From positions 1 to 64,000 of the forward strand of contig JBCCYL010000014.1 in assembly GCA_039189765.1 (NCBI GenBank): a stretch of 64,000 nucleotides of DNA, written 5' to 3'. Positions 8,773-18,401 of the stretch are shown piece by piece. The notes under the pieces are model-generated. The model did no database searches, was not told the DNA's origin, and worked only from the letters and a program-made list of their open reading frames with translations. The DNA is from Cyanobacteria bacterium P01_F01_bin.150 (lineage in GTDB: Bacteria; Cyanobacteriota; Cyanobacteriia; CAKZMO01). Each line of letters starts with the position of its first letter. Within the stretch, counting starts at the first letter, position 1. The translations under genes were made by a program, and so were the position numbers.

Positions 8773-10593
8773 ATGGAACGGCTTAATTTTAAGGTTTTTC
8801 GACGGTGTTGGGCGATCGCCCAACCTTATTGGTTTAGTGAGGAAAAGTGGAATGCCCGAAAATTACTAGCTCTGATTGGGATCTGTCTCATTGCTTACAC
8901 GGGTTTGAGTGTGGTGCTTAACAACCAGCGAGGGGCGATGATATCATCCCTGGCCGCTACCGATGAAAGTCGATTTTGGCAAACGGTGTTGATTTTTATT
9001 GGCGTCTTGGTGGTCTATGCGCCGTTGTTTGCGGGCTACACTTATTTGCGCGATCGCCTCTGTTTAGAATGGCGACGATGGTTAACGAGCCGGTTTGTGG
9101 ATCGTTACTTTAGCGATCGCGCCTTCTACCGCATTAATCAAAATACCTCCTACAGTGCTGACAGCGACTCTGCTGCTGATAATGGCATCGATAATCCCGA
9201 CCAGCGAATTGCCGAGGATGTGAGAAATTTTACTCAGGAATCTCTCTCCCTTGTGCTTGTAGTTACGGACTCCCTATTTACTATCATTGCCTTTAGTGGC
9301 GTGCTTTGGGGTATTTCATCCGAACTGGTGATTTTTCTGGTTCTTTATGCGTTAATTGGCACGATAGTTACCGTTGGGGTATTCGGCAAGCCACTGGTAA
9401 GGCTCAATTTTGAGCAGTTAAAGCGAGAAGCAGACTTTCGTTTTAGCCTGGTGCGGATTCGCGAAAATGCAGAAGCGATCGCCTTTTACCAAGGAGAAGA
9501 GCAGGAGGCGACTGGCGTTAAAGAGCGCTTTCTAGCAGCCTTTGATAACTACAAACGCCTGCTGTTTTGGGAACTCAACTTAAATGGTGTCACCAATGCC
9601 TATGAGTTTCTTCCCTATGTTTTGCCTGCGATTGTGGTTGCGCCTGCGGTTTTTAGTGGTGCGGTGGAAGTGGGGAAAGTCAGCGAGGCTCAAGGTGCAT
9701 TTATTCAGGTGTTTTTTTCCTTAAATGTAATTGTGGCCCGATTCCAGTCTTTGACGGCCTTTGGTGCGGGTATTGATCGGCTTTATGATTTCACCCAGTC
9801 TCTGGGGCATTTAGATGAAACTGAAGAGCCAGATCCCAGGGTTTTTCAAGAACTCTGGGATCTCAGCAACAACGGTAAATCTGAGGGCACTTCGCCATTA
9901 TCTCCAGAAATTCAGCAGGCGATCGCCCCTACCCTCGTTCTTAGTAATGTAACGGTGCAGACGCCAAACCATCAGCGCACCTTGATTAAAGATTTATCCC
10001 TGGATCTGAGTGATTCTGAATCGCAGTCTCCAGTTAATCGAACATCTCTGCTGGTTGTGGGTCCCAGCGGAGCGGGGAAGAGTTCGCTATTGAGAGCGAT
10101 CGCTGGACTTTGGAATGCTGGCACTGGCACCATTCAGCGACCTGAGCTAAAAGATTTACTTTTCTTACCCCAGAAGCCCTATATGATTCTGGGCACCTTG
10201 CGCCAGCAGCTACTCTATCCCTATTCCAATGCAGAGAAGACCAATGAACAGCTAAAACAGGTTTTGCAACAGGTTAATCTGGATGATCTGGATGAGCGTT
10301 TTGGTGGTTGGGATAAAGAGCTAGAGTGGGGCAATGTATTGTCTTTGGGTGAACAGCAGCGTCTCAGTTTTGCCCGTGTCTTATTGCACCAACCCACTTA
10401 CGCGATTTTGGATGAGTCCACAAGCGCCCTTGACCAAGATAATGAGGCAACCCTTTATCAAGCCCTAGAAAAAATCCCCACCACCTGCATTAGTGTCGGC
10501 CATCGCTCCTCTCTTGAAGCCTATCACCAGAATCTCCTACGTCTTACTGAGGAAGGGAAATGGACACTGCAATCCCTTAATCTTGCAACATAA
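8773..10593 (+). CDS. ABC transporter, fused permease/ATPase (ABCD/YddA-like)
   Basis: DNPDQRIAED, EADFRFSLVRIRENAEAIAFY, Walker A GPSGAGKS, LSLGEQQR, ILDESTSALD. Confidence 0.92.
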   Translation: MERLNFKVFRRCWAIAQPYWFSEEKWNARKLLALIGICLIAYTGLSVVLNNQRGAMISSLAATDESRFWQTVLIFIGVLVVYAPLFAGYTYLRDRLCLEWRRWLTSRFVDRYFSDRAFYRINQNTSYSADSDSAADNGIDNPDQRIAEDVRNFTQESLSLVLVVTDSLFTIIAFSGVLWGISSELVIFLVLYALIGTIVTVGVFGKPLVRLNFEQLKREADFRFSLVRIRENAEAIAFYQGEEQEATGVKERFLAAFDNYKRLLFWELNLNGVTNAYEFLPYVLPAIVVAPAVFSGAVEVGKVSEAQGAFIQVFFSLNVIVARFQSLTAFGAGIDRLYDFTQSLGHLDETEEPDPRVFQELWDLSNNGKSEGTSPLSPEIQQAIAPTLVLSNVTVQTPNHQRTLIKDLSLDLSDSESQSPVNRTSLLVVGPSGAGKSSLLRAIAGLWNAGTGTIQRPELKDLLFLPQKPYMILGTLRQQLLYPYSNAEKTNEQLKQVLQQVNLDDLDERFGGWDKELEWGNVLSLGEQQRLSFARVLLHQPTYAILDESTSALDQDNEATLYQALEKIPTTCISVGHRSSLEAYHQNLLRLTEEGKWTLQSLNLAT

Positions 10594-10608
10594 TGGATTG
10601 CCAATATG

Positions 10609-10658
10609 AACGGTGGCTGGTGCGACGCACTCACACTATTTGCCTAAAGTTGGTACCC
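10609..10658 (+). repeat. Degenerate copy of dispersed hairpin element
   Basis: AACGGTGG...CACACTATTTGCCTAAAGTTGGTACCC matches the right end of the copy at 36364-36443. Confidence 0.6.
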
Positions 10659-10691
10659 AATATAATACGGCTCATTGGGAAAATTTTTGTC

Positions 10692-12242
10692 CTATAGCTG
10701 CGTTGCAATGTGTTCTCCTACTCGCAACGCATTTGCCATCACCGTTAAAGCCGGGCTGACGCTGGCACAGGAGGGGAAAAAGCTACTGTCCACCACGTAT
10801 AGGTTTTCAATGTCATGAGAGCGACAGTTAATATCTAGCACTGACGTTTCTGGATCGGTCCCCATTCGGGCTGTCCCACACTGATATCCCACCACCTGAA
10901 TTGGCGATTCCCCGCGGGGATAGAGCGAACCCGATCGCAGCCCGACACCACTATTTTCCATATCTCGCAGCACTCCCATCCATTTATACACTAGGCGATC
11001 GTGGGCCTCCCAGTTGTTGGGTGTAAATTCATAGCGGAGCTTTTTGCGTTTATTCCCAAAGTGAATATCTTTTTTCCAGTAAATACGATTTTTAGGGTCT
11101 GGCAAGGTGCCTGTGTGCGCCCACCAGCCAATGGAGCGCTTTACAAGCTGTTGTAATCCCGCTCCTGGAACAAGGCGGGCAAGCACCGATAAGAGTGGCG
11201 GCGACTCTGCAAAAATAATATCCTGCAAAAAGCCACCGCTGTTTTCAATATGGCCCATGGGATAGGGAAAATTGCGATCGCCCCAGTAAAAATCATTGAT
11301 ACTAATACTCGGAGGAAACGTACCTTTTACTTTGGCATCTACCGGTTCTACAATTACGGTCATCAAATGCTTCATTAAATTTCGGCCCAGCATGCCCGAC
11401 CTATTGGCTAAACCATTGGGGTGCTTTCTATTGGCCGAATCCAGTAGTAACGCCGCTGAGTTGACCGCACCGCAGGAGAGTACCACGATATCTCCAGTAA
11501 ACATAATGGTTTGAAAGTCTTCATCCTCTGCAAAACCAATATCGGCTTGTACCCCTCTAATTGCATTCCCCGAAATATTCGTATGGAGGGAAACGACCTT
11601 AGTATTAGTTTTTAGAGTTACGTTGGCATGCTGTAGCGCCACATCAATACCAAAGACTTCTGCATCGCCCGTGGGATCATCTTGTCGCTGGGTCAAACTG
11701 ACCGGAAGCGTGGTCGGAGACAGACCTTCTTGCTCCATCTTCTCCACCATAGGCTGCATGATGGGAGGGTGAGGGCATGCAGCATGGGGATAGTCTTTGC
11801 TGTGGTGAGGTTCGGTCGGATCGTTTTGCTGATCACCATGAACTTGGTAGAGCTGTTCCGCAGCACTATAATAAGGCTCAAAATCAGCGTATTTGATCGG
11901 CCATGCTGGACTAATGCCGTCTTGATAGTAGACTCTTTCAAAGTCGCGATCGCGCATTCGCATCAGCGAGGCCCGATAGATTTTGGTATTTCCCCCCACT
12001 GCATAGTTTGCCTGGGGAGAAAACGGTTCCCCGGTTTCGTCGTACCATTTTTCTGGGGAACGATAGCGGTTCCTTTTGTACACATCAATGTCAGCACGGT
12101 TCTGTTCCTCTAAGGGCATGCGATCGCCCCTCTCCAGAACCAGAATTTTTTTGCCCGTGGGTGCCAACGCCTGGGCCAACGTGCCCCCCCCTGCACCAGA
12201 GCCAACGATAATTACATCGTAGTGTTGCTCGTCAATAATCAT
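10692..12242 (-). CDS. GMC family oxidoreductase (FAD)
   Basis: YDVIIVGSGAGGG, VGGNTK, CGAVNSAALLL, CGTARMG...NLYVVDSSFFPS. Confidence 0.9.
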   Translation of the reverse strand: MIIDEQHYDVIIVGSGAGGGTLAQALAPTGKKILVLERGDRMPLEEQNRADIDVYKRNRYRSPEKWYDETGEPFSPQANYAVGGNTKIYRASLMRMRDRDFERVYYQDGISPAWPIKYADFEPYYSAAEQLYQVHGDQQNDPTEPHHSKDYPHAACPHPPIMQPMVEKMEQEGLSPTTLPVSLTQRQDDPTGDAEVFGIDVALQHANVTLKTNTKVVSLHTNISGNAIRGVQADIGFAEDEDFQTIMFTGDIVVLSCGAVNSAALLLDSANRKHPNGLANRSGMLGRNLMKHLMTVIVEPVDAKVKGTFPPSISINDFYWGDRNFPYPMGHIENSGGFLQDIIFAESPPLLSVLARLVPGAGLQQLVKRSIGWWAHTGTLPDPKNRIYWKKDIHFGNKRKKLRYEFTPNNWEAHDRLVYKWMGVLRDMENSGVGLRSGSLYPRGESPIQVVGYQCGTARMGTDPETSVLDINCRSHDIENLYVVDSSFFPSCASVSPALTVMANALRVGEHIATQL

Positions 12243-12330
12243 TGATCTCTACGTACCTTCACCTACTACCATTTATCGCACTGACTTTGCTTTGAATGGC
12301 AAACCTCTCAGAGCAAAGCTGCCAGAGTAC

Positions 12331-12409
12331 TACTTAAACTTTGGGCGGGTAGTGGGGACGCGACGCACCTCCACTACCGTTAATCTTGCTTCGCCTTAAA
12401 ATGAAACCC
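12331..12409 (-). repeat. Copy of dispersed hairpin MITE/REP-like element
   Basis: Reverse complement GGGTTTCATTTTAAGGCGAAGCAAGATTAACGGTAGTG..hairpin..CACTACCCGCCCAAAGTT aligns with 36364-36443. Confidence 0.75.
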
Positions 12410-12410
12410 C

Positions 12411-13061
12411 TTATCTCCAGAGATAAATCAAAATAAATAGCACAATCCAGATGACATCCACAAAGTGCCAGAATAAAGACGTGGCCTCAACTCCAAACTC
12501 TCCTCCAGCGTAATTGTCTGGAATAAATGATCGGCCAAGCATAAGCCCCTGTAGCAAGACGCCCGTGAATACGTGCAAGCCATGAAATCCAGTGAGTAAA
12601 TAAAAGGAGCCACCAAAAACACCATCCGTAAAGCCAAACGGTAAGGCCTGCCATTCTACCGCCTGACCATATAGGAAATAGCTGCCCATGGCCATTGTTA
12701 ACAACCAAAAAAAGCGAAACCCCCAGAGATTCTCCTTTCTTAGATACACTTCAGCAAAGTAAATCACAAAGCTGCTGGACACTAAAATCACGGTATTAAT
12801 TAACGGTTCCCGTATCTCCAACCCCTCAAAACCAGCCGGTAACCAAGTCACTGCGTTGAGCTTATAGACGATGTAGCCAACGAAAAAGCTCAAAAAGATA
12901 ATGCTTTCTGACAGCAGAAAAACAATAAAGCCAAACATCCGATGGTCTTCATGCTCTTCATCGTGCCCTCCATGCCCTCCGTGCTCTCCATGCTTTCCAT
13001 GGGCTTGGGCTTGGGCCTCGGCTTCGGCTTCAGGCGTAAGAATTGATTCAGATACGGTCAT
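12411..13061 (-). CDS. ctaE: Heme-copper oxidase subunit III (ARTO)
   Basis: FLLSES, NTVILVSSS, LTGFHGLHV, FWHFVDVIW. Confidence 0.93.
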   Translation of the reverse strand: MTVSESILTPEAEAEAQAQAHGKHGEHGGHGGHDEEHEDHRMFGFIVFLLSESIIFLSFFVGYIVYKLNAVTWLPAGFEGLEIREPLINTVILVSSSFVIYFAEVYLRKENLWGFRFFWLLTMAMGSYFLYGQAVEWQALPFGFTDGVFGGSFYLLTGFHGLHVFTGVLLQGLMLGRSFIPDNYAGGEFGVEATSLFWHFVDVIWIVLFILIYLWR

Positions 13062-13231
13062 TATTAAAAATTATTATTGCATCAGTAATAGAAAAATAAG
13101 CTCTGTCTCAACATGCTTTATTTAGGCTTCTTAAGAAAGCATGCATGAGCAGCATGTGGCTCTGTAACTACACGTTTTGAGCTTTACAGAACCATTGCTG
13201 CTTAGATAAATATGAAAAGACTACATATATC

Positions 13232-14989
13232 CTACCCCCCTTTTGAAACACTGTTGACGTCACCAGCACTATCACTGCTGCCAAAATCAACAGCACTGCT
13301 TGGAGCCTCTTTGAACGAATACATTACTGGTGACTTCACCAGAGGTTCACCAGTTCCGTATCCATAAGGCTCAGATACCACCACTGGCGTTATATCAAAG
13401 TTCTCATGGGGCGGAGGTGAGGGCACTAACCACTCTAGGCCAATAGCAGCCCAAGGATTAGCCCCGACCTTTTTGCCTCTTATCCAACTGCTGATGATGT
13501 TTAGGATAAACGGCACAATTGAAACGCCCAGCAAGAATCCCCCTAAACTTGCGACCACATTCCAAAACGCAAATTCTGAATCGTAGGACGCAACCCGGCG
13601 GGGCATGCCATGTAGGCCCAGGGGATGCATGGGTAGGAAAATTGCATTGAGTCCTACAAATGTCAACAGAAAATGTAGTTTGCCTAACCCCTCATAGTAC
13701 ATTCGGCCTGTCACTTTTGGAAACCAGTGATAAATGGCAGCGAAAAAGCCCATAACCACCGCACCGTTAATCACATAGTGAAAGTGCCCCACTACAAAGT
13801 ACGTGTTATTGACGTGTATATCAAAAGGTGCAGAAGCCAGCATCACACCAGTGATACCGGAGAATAAGAACATAAACAGGCCACCTAATCCAAATAGCAT
13901 TCCTGAAGTCAACTTCAGCTTGCCTCCCCACACCGTAGCCACCCAGGCAAAGACCTTAATCCCTGTGGGCACGGAAATCGTCATGGTGGTAATCATAAAC
14001 AGCATCCGCATCCACCCAGGTGTGCCGCTGGCAAACATATGGTGGACCCAAACAATGGCTCCTAGCCCCGTGATGATTATTGAAGACACTGCAACAACTT
14101 TGTACCCAAACAACGGCTTACGGGCATATACCGGAAACACCTCAGAAAAGACGCCAAAAATAGGCAGCACAATCACATACACTGCTGGGTGAGAGTAGAA
14201 CCAAAAGAAGTGCTGATAAAGGACCGGATCCCCACCACGACTAGGCTCAAAAAATGCGGTTCCAACGGTGAGGTCAAACATTAACATGACTGCCCCGGCT
14301 GTTAGAGCAGGCAGACCCAAGAGCTGGAGGCTCTGAGCAGAGAAAACGGCCCAGCAAAATACGGGCATTTTGAACCAGCCCATCCCTGGAGCACGCATCC
14401 TAATAATCGTTGTCACGATATTAGCAGCCCCCATAATTGACGACACCCCAGAAATGGCTACGGCCAACAACCATAGAAACTGGCCGTTAATCAGGTTCCC
14501 TGTGGGATTTTGTAGGCTTACTGGGGGATAAGCCCACCAGCCAGATTGGGAAGGACCACCGGGGACAAAAAAGCTGACCATCAAAATCACGCCAAAGATG
14601 GGCACCAACCAAAACGCCACGGCATTGAGTCTGGGGAAAGCCATATCGCGTGCCCCAATCATCAGGGGAACAAGGTAATTGGCTAGTCCACTCAGCATGG
14701 GAAATGTCCACATAAACAGCATGATTGTGCCGTGCATTGTGAACAGCCCGTTGTACACGGTCCGATCAACCAGGTCTGACTCTGGGGTAATGAGTTCGCC
14801 CCTCATCACCATCGCCAGCAATCCACCGATTAAGAAAAAGAAAAAGGCAGTAACAATATATTGAATGCCAATTACTTTATGGTCGGTGCTAAAACTGAAA
14901 AATCTACGCCAGTCTTCAGGTTCATGGGGTAGCGGCTCCAATTCTGGAGGGTAGCTTAAAGGGCGCAATTCGAGGGATGGATTAGTCAT
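13232..14989 (-). CDS. ctaD: Heme-copper oxidase subunit I (ARTO)
   Basis: STDHKVIGIQY, HGTIM, WFYSHPAVY, VWVHHMF and GHFHYV metal ligands. ATG at 14989. Confidence 0.95.
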   Translation of the reverse strand: MTNPSLELRPLSYPPELEPLPHEPEDWRRFFSFSTDHKVIGIQYIVTAFFFFLIGGLLAMVMRGELITPESDLVDRTVYNGLFTMHGTIMLFMWTFPMLSGLANYLVPLMIGARDMAFPRLNAVAFWLVPIFGVILMVSFFVPGGPSQSGWWAYPPVSLQNPTGNLINGQFLWLLAVAISGVSSIMGAANIVTTIIRMRAPGMGWFKMPVFCWAVFSAQSLQLLGLPALTAGAVMLMFDLTVGTAFFEPSRGGDPVLYQHFFWFYSHPAVYVIVLPIFGVFSEVFPVYARKPLFGYKVVAVSSIIITGLGAIVWVHHMFASGTPGWMRMLFMITTMTISVPTGIKVFAWVATVWGGKLKLTSGMLFGLGGLFMFLFSGITGVMLASAPFDIHVNNTYFVVGHFHYVINGAVVMGFFAAIYHWFPKVTGRMYYEGLGKLHFLLTFVGLNAIFLPMHPLGLHGMPRRVASYDSEFAFWNVVASLGGFLLGVSIVPFILNIISSWIRGKKVGANPWAAIGLEWLVPSPPPHENFDITPVVVSEPYGYGTGEPLVKSPVMYSFKEAPSSAVDFGSSDSAGDVNSVSKGG

Positions 14990-15080
14990 AGTTGGTATCG
15001 AGTGGGTGAGTGGGCATGTGGGCGAAGCATAGGTCAATGAGACCCAACAAGCCATACCCATTTTTTGATAGCTAGCTTAT

Positions 15081-16070
15081 TTACTGATTTAAGGCAGCCG
15101 AATAGTTAACGAGAGGAGCCGGAGATGGTTGAACCGACTCGTAGCGATATCCGGTTGTGCGTTGCGAAACAACTTTGTACTCTTCACTGGCTTGATTTGG
15201 TGCAGGCTTTAAAGGATTTTTCGCTGCCATCCTCAGCCATTTCTGGTGATCTTCCTGAGTTTCAACTACGACGTAGGTTTGGTTAGATGCGAAATAGGTA
15301 CCGCTATATTCAGAATCGCGCAGACGATAGCGCCCTACTTTGATCGGCGTAAACGAGAAATCAATTACTTTCCCCGGTACTATATCTTGCTTTACGCGAA
15401 AGGCAGGCACGTACAGGGCATGCAACACATCCTCAGACGTCAGCTTAAATTTTGCTCGCTGATTGACCGGAAGATGAAGCTCAGTGCTGCTGACGTTCGC
15501 ATCAGGATAGTAGAATTCCCAAGACCACTGACGAGAACGTACTTCGATGGGCGACATTTCCATGGGGGGTTGGGGTTCAGCCAATGCATCAACGGCGTCT
15601 CCAGAGAAACTTGCATCTGTGGCGATCGCCTCTTCAGCCATTGCCACCTTCGCCTGAGTCTTGATTGGCCCCAGAATACTCATTTGGTGATACGTCTGAT
15701 AGCTAAATGCAGCAATCCAAATAACCAATAGAATTGGGATTGCCGTCCAAACGACTTCCAGCGTCACATTCCCTTCAATCGGAGGACCATCACTCGCATC
15801 GTACTTGGCGGCCCGTTGGAAAAGCACTGAATACAGTAAGGTGCCAACGACGCCCAAAAAAATAAAGCTGCCGATCACTGTCATAAAGCTAAAGAGACGG
15901 TCCACCATTACGGCCTCTGCTGAGGCTTGCTCTGGCATCCACTTGTACGCTTGTAGTCCCATCCAAAGGCTAAGGAGCAGATTGGCGATCGCCAGACCCG
16001 CAAGTTGCAAAGTTTGTCGTCGAGTCAGCAAACTGGCTATGGATTTCAGATTAATGTTGTCAATGTTCAC
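15081..16070 (-). CDS. ctaC: Heme-copper oxidase subunit II lacking CuA ligands (ARTO CtaCII type)
   Basis: LEVVWTAIP, QWSWEFYY, SEDVLH. The CuA motif CxExCGxxHxxM is replaced by DSEYSGTYFASN. Confidence 0.9.
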   Translation of the reverse strand: MNIDNINLKSIASLLTRRQTLQLAGLAIANLLLSLWMGLQAYKWMPEQASAEAVMVDRLFSFMTVIGSFIFLGVVGTLLYSVLFQRAAKYDASDGPPIEGNVTLEVVWTAIPILLVIWIAAFSYQTYHQMSILGPIKTQAKVAMAEEAIATDASFSGDAVDALAEPQPPMEMSPIEVRSRQWSWEFYYPDANVSSTELHLPVNQRAKFKLTSEDVLHALYVPAFRVKQDIVPGKVIDFSFTPIKVGRYRLRDSEYSGTYFASNQTYVVVETQEDHQKWLRMAAKNPLKPAPNQASEEYKVVSQRTTGYRYESVQPSPAPLVNYSAALNQ

Positions 16071-16210
16071 TTGTCACTTTTCAGCAGTAGCTTCAACTAA
16101 AGAGGTGCTTGATAAGGACAAATATTAAATTCGTTTTCAACGTTAATGTCTAGAATTAAAGCAATTTTTATCTATTAAAAAGGCAATACGGATAAAAGGA
16201 GGAATACAGA

Positions 16211-16900
16211 TTAGTCAACCTTAGGCAAGAGTTGAGGGTCCTCAGGAATCTGATTCCATGGCGGTACGGATAGCTGATTGGGATCAATACCGGCTCGGAT
16301 AAGTCTGTCTGCAGTTACATGAACACCAAAATCACCTCCCAGGTGCGCGCCTAAGGTTCCATGAAGGAACATCAGTGCAAAAATAAATAGACCCAACCCT
16401 AAGTACTTCCAGGAGACTTGTCTGGCTCTATCCTCTCGCCAAAAATAGCGTTCAAGCGCACGCCAAACGGTCATCCCAACAATTAGGGCTAGCAGTATTA
16501 CTCCACCAACCCCATGCCAAACCATAGTATCGCGGGCACTTAAACCCCAAGGGCTAACCATATCCTGAGGCGGAGCCGCCAACAGGATTTCATAGAAGCC
16601 AGCAGCCACTGTGAAAAACGTAATAATGGCTGCTCCAACCATGTTGTACCAGCCCACATCGTAGAGTCCGGAACGGGTTACAGGAATAGCCAGAAATTTA
16701 AAAAGTGGCTTTTCTAGTGCATAGAAGTTAGCGGCCAAGTCAAAGGTAACGGCCACAATAAACAGCCCCAGCGTCAGATGAACTAGGTTTGGATGGATTG
16801 GCACCAGATAGGGTAAACCATTGGCCCCAGCAGCCAAAACATGAATAGGTGCAATTGCAGACTGAACAAAGATGAACGGCTCTAAAACAAATGAAGACAT
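16211..16900 (-). CDS. DUF2231-type membrane protein
   Basis: PIHPNLVHLTLGL, HGVGG, HGTLGAHLG..FGVH. Upstream in the ARTO operon. Confidence 0.8.
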   Translation of the reverse strand: MSSFVLEPFIFVQSAIAPIHVLAAGANGLPYLVPIHPNLVHLTLGLFIVAVTFDLAANFYALEKPLFKFLAIPVTRSGLYDVGWYNMVGAAIITFFTVAAGFYEILLAAPPQDMVSPWGLSARDTMVWHGVGGVILLALIVGMTVWRALERYFWREDRARQVSWKYLGLGLFIFALMFLHGTLGAHLGGDFGVHVTADRLIRAGIDPNQLSVPPWNQIPEDPQLLPKVD

Positions 16901-16920
16901 ATTAAAAACTTCACAAAGCA

Positions 16921-17439
16921 TTAAGGCAATAGCCCCCCCCGCGCTGCTTCAACGACAGCCTCGGTATGTAACCCGTAAATCCACACCAGTTTATCCCCCA
17001 GATAAGTCTGGAAAAGGACAATAATCGTTAGCATCGCATTCACACCTAAATAGGCAACTGGCAGTTTTTTAGAGCCTTGAAGACGTAAAATGTATCGCCA
17101 ACCAGTAATAACGGCTAGCACTCCAGAAAGGGACCAGCCAATTAGAGTATGTAAGTTTAGATCTCCAACGGCTGCCGCATACGGTGTGGCTAGACCCGCT
17201 TCAAACTGGCCGAAAATGATTGCAATGAATATGGATACCGTCGCGAAGACCATATTCCACCAGCTCACCTCTTGGAGGCGATAATTTTTAGTGAAAAAAG
17301 CAATACCATCACAAACCACCGCAAACAATACCATTGCGATGACAAAATGAACCACAATGGGGTGCATTGTATCGGGGTAGGGCAAATTGTGGTCATTTAG
17401 GGGGGGTAACAGGTTTTCTAACACACCACTCTCCCACAA
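16921..17439 (-). CDS. DUF2231-type membrane protein
   Basis: MHPIVVHFVIAM, HTLIGWSL, QTYLGDKLVWIYGLH. Start uncertain. Confidence 0.8.
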   Translation of the reverse strand: MWESGVLENLLPPLNDHNLPYPDTMHPIVVHFVIAMVLFAVVCDGIAFFTKNYRLQEVSWWNMVFATVSIFIAIIFGQFEAGLATPYAAAVGDLNLHTLIGWSLSGVLAVITGWRYILRLQGSKKLPVAYLGVNAMLTIIVLFQTYLGDKLVWIYGLHTEAVVEAARGGLLP

Positions 17440-17668
17440 TTAAGTAACAAAAAGGTTAATACAATTCTAAACTGCCCATTTGCAGAGCATAAATTACCTG
17501 AAGGCGCATAGTATGTATAGACGCTTACATACCTAAGTCCTAGCCCATTGAGAAGAAGAGTAATGTGGCTGAGAAACGGTCACGAATAGAATCGGAACGT
17601 TTTAGGTTAGGGGCGCGGCAAAGCCGGGTCCTCAACAAATTATCTCGGCCTTACTAAACTCTCGTTCC

Positions 17669-17747
17669 GGGAATAACTTTAGGCGAATAGTAGGGGTGCG
17701 ACGAGTTCACCCTACTATTCGCCTCGTTCCGCTTTAGAGCGAAACCC
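17669..17747 (-). repeat. Copy of dispersed hairpin MITE/REP-like element
   Basis: Reverse complement GGGTTTCGCTCTAAAGCG..GGCGAATAGTAGGGTG-loop-CACCCCTACTATTCGCCTAAAGTTATTCCC. The stem sequence differs from other copies but pairing is kept. Confidence 0.7.
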
Positions 17748-17992
17748 AAAAATAGAAACCGGAGGCCAGAGTTGTTGAATCCTAATTCAAAAAAGATTGT
17801 CGATTTGATTTCACTGCTTGCTCTTTTAACAAGCTAACCATAGCTCCTGTTTAATTGGACCTTCTTATTCAGTATAAATCAGTACTATCGGCATCAACAA
17901 CGAACAGTTTTATGTTCATAATGATTTGTACTTTGTCATGATTAAGTGACGTTTATCAGTTTTATCTGAATCTTGTAAATTATCTGAAAACT

Positions 17993-18313
17993 ATGGGCTT
18001 AAATCCAGAAAACTTAGATCCCCTAAACCTAAGAGAGAACAAGCTGCTTAAAGGGTTCATTGCTGTCGCGATGTTGGGGGCGATAATGCTGCCGCTGTAT
18101 AAGCTTTACATCGTTAGTCATGATGGGGTATTGCCTTCTCGGTTGGATACCCTAGTTACGGTTACTTATTTTGTCCTGATGGCCCATGTTATTGAAGGGT
18201 TGATTGCTGGGGCGATCGCCTTTCGCCGTGGTGAAAATGTAATTAAAGCTGGAGTCTATGCTTTCTTTACAGGCTTTATTGGTCTGACTGAAATCATCAA
18301 TTCGGAGGCATAG
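17993..18313 (+). CDS. Small membrane protein of unknown function
   Basis: 106 aa, 2-3 hydrophobic segments, AHVIEG motif. Confidence 0.7.
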   Translation: MGLNPENLDPLNLRENKLLKGFIAVAMLGAIMLPLYKLYIVSHDGVLPSRLDTLVTVTYFVLMAHVIEGLIAGAIAFRRGENVIKAGVYAFFTGFIGLTEIINSEA

Positions 18314-18401
18314 ACTGACGCTTTCTAGGATGGAAGTGCAAATGATTAAACAACTGTGGTATATCAGATGCGTGGGTGTCTGATGGAGGGGAATCGAACG
18401 C

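Noticed and set aside
17872..17885. GTA-N8-TAC possible NtcA site
   Set aside because: Inner bases fit poorly, and the nearest TAN3T is about 25 nt away rather than about 22. Such a short motif is expected by chance.
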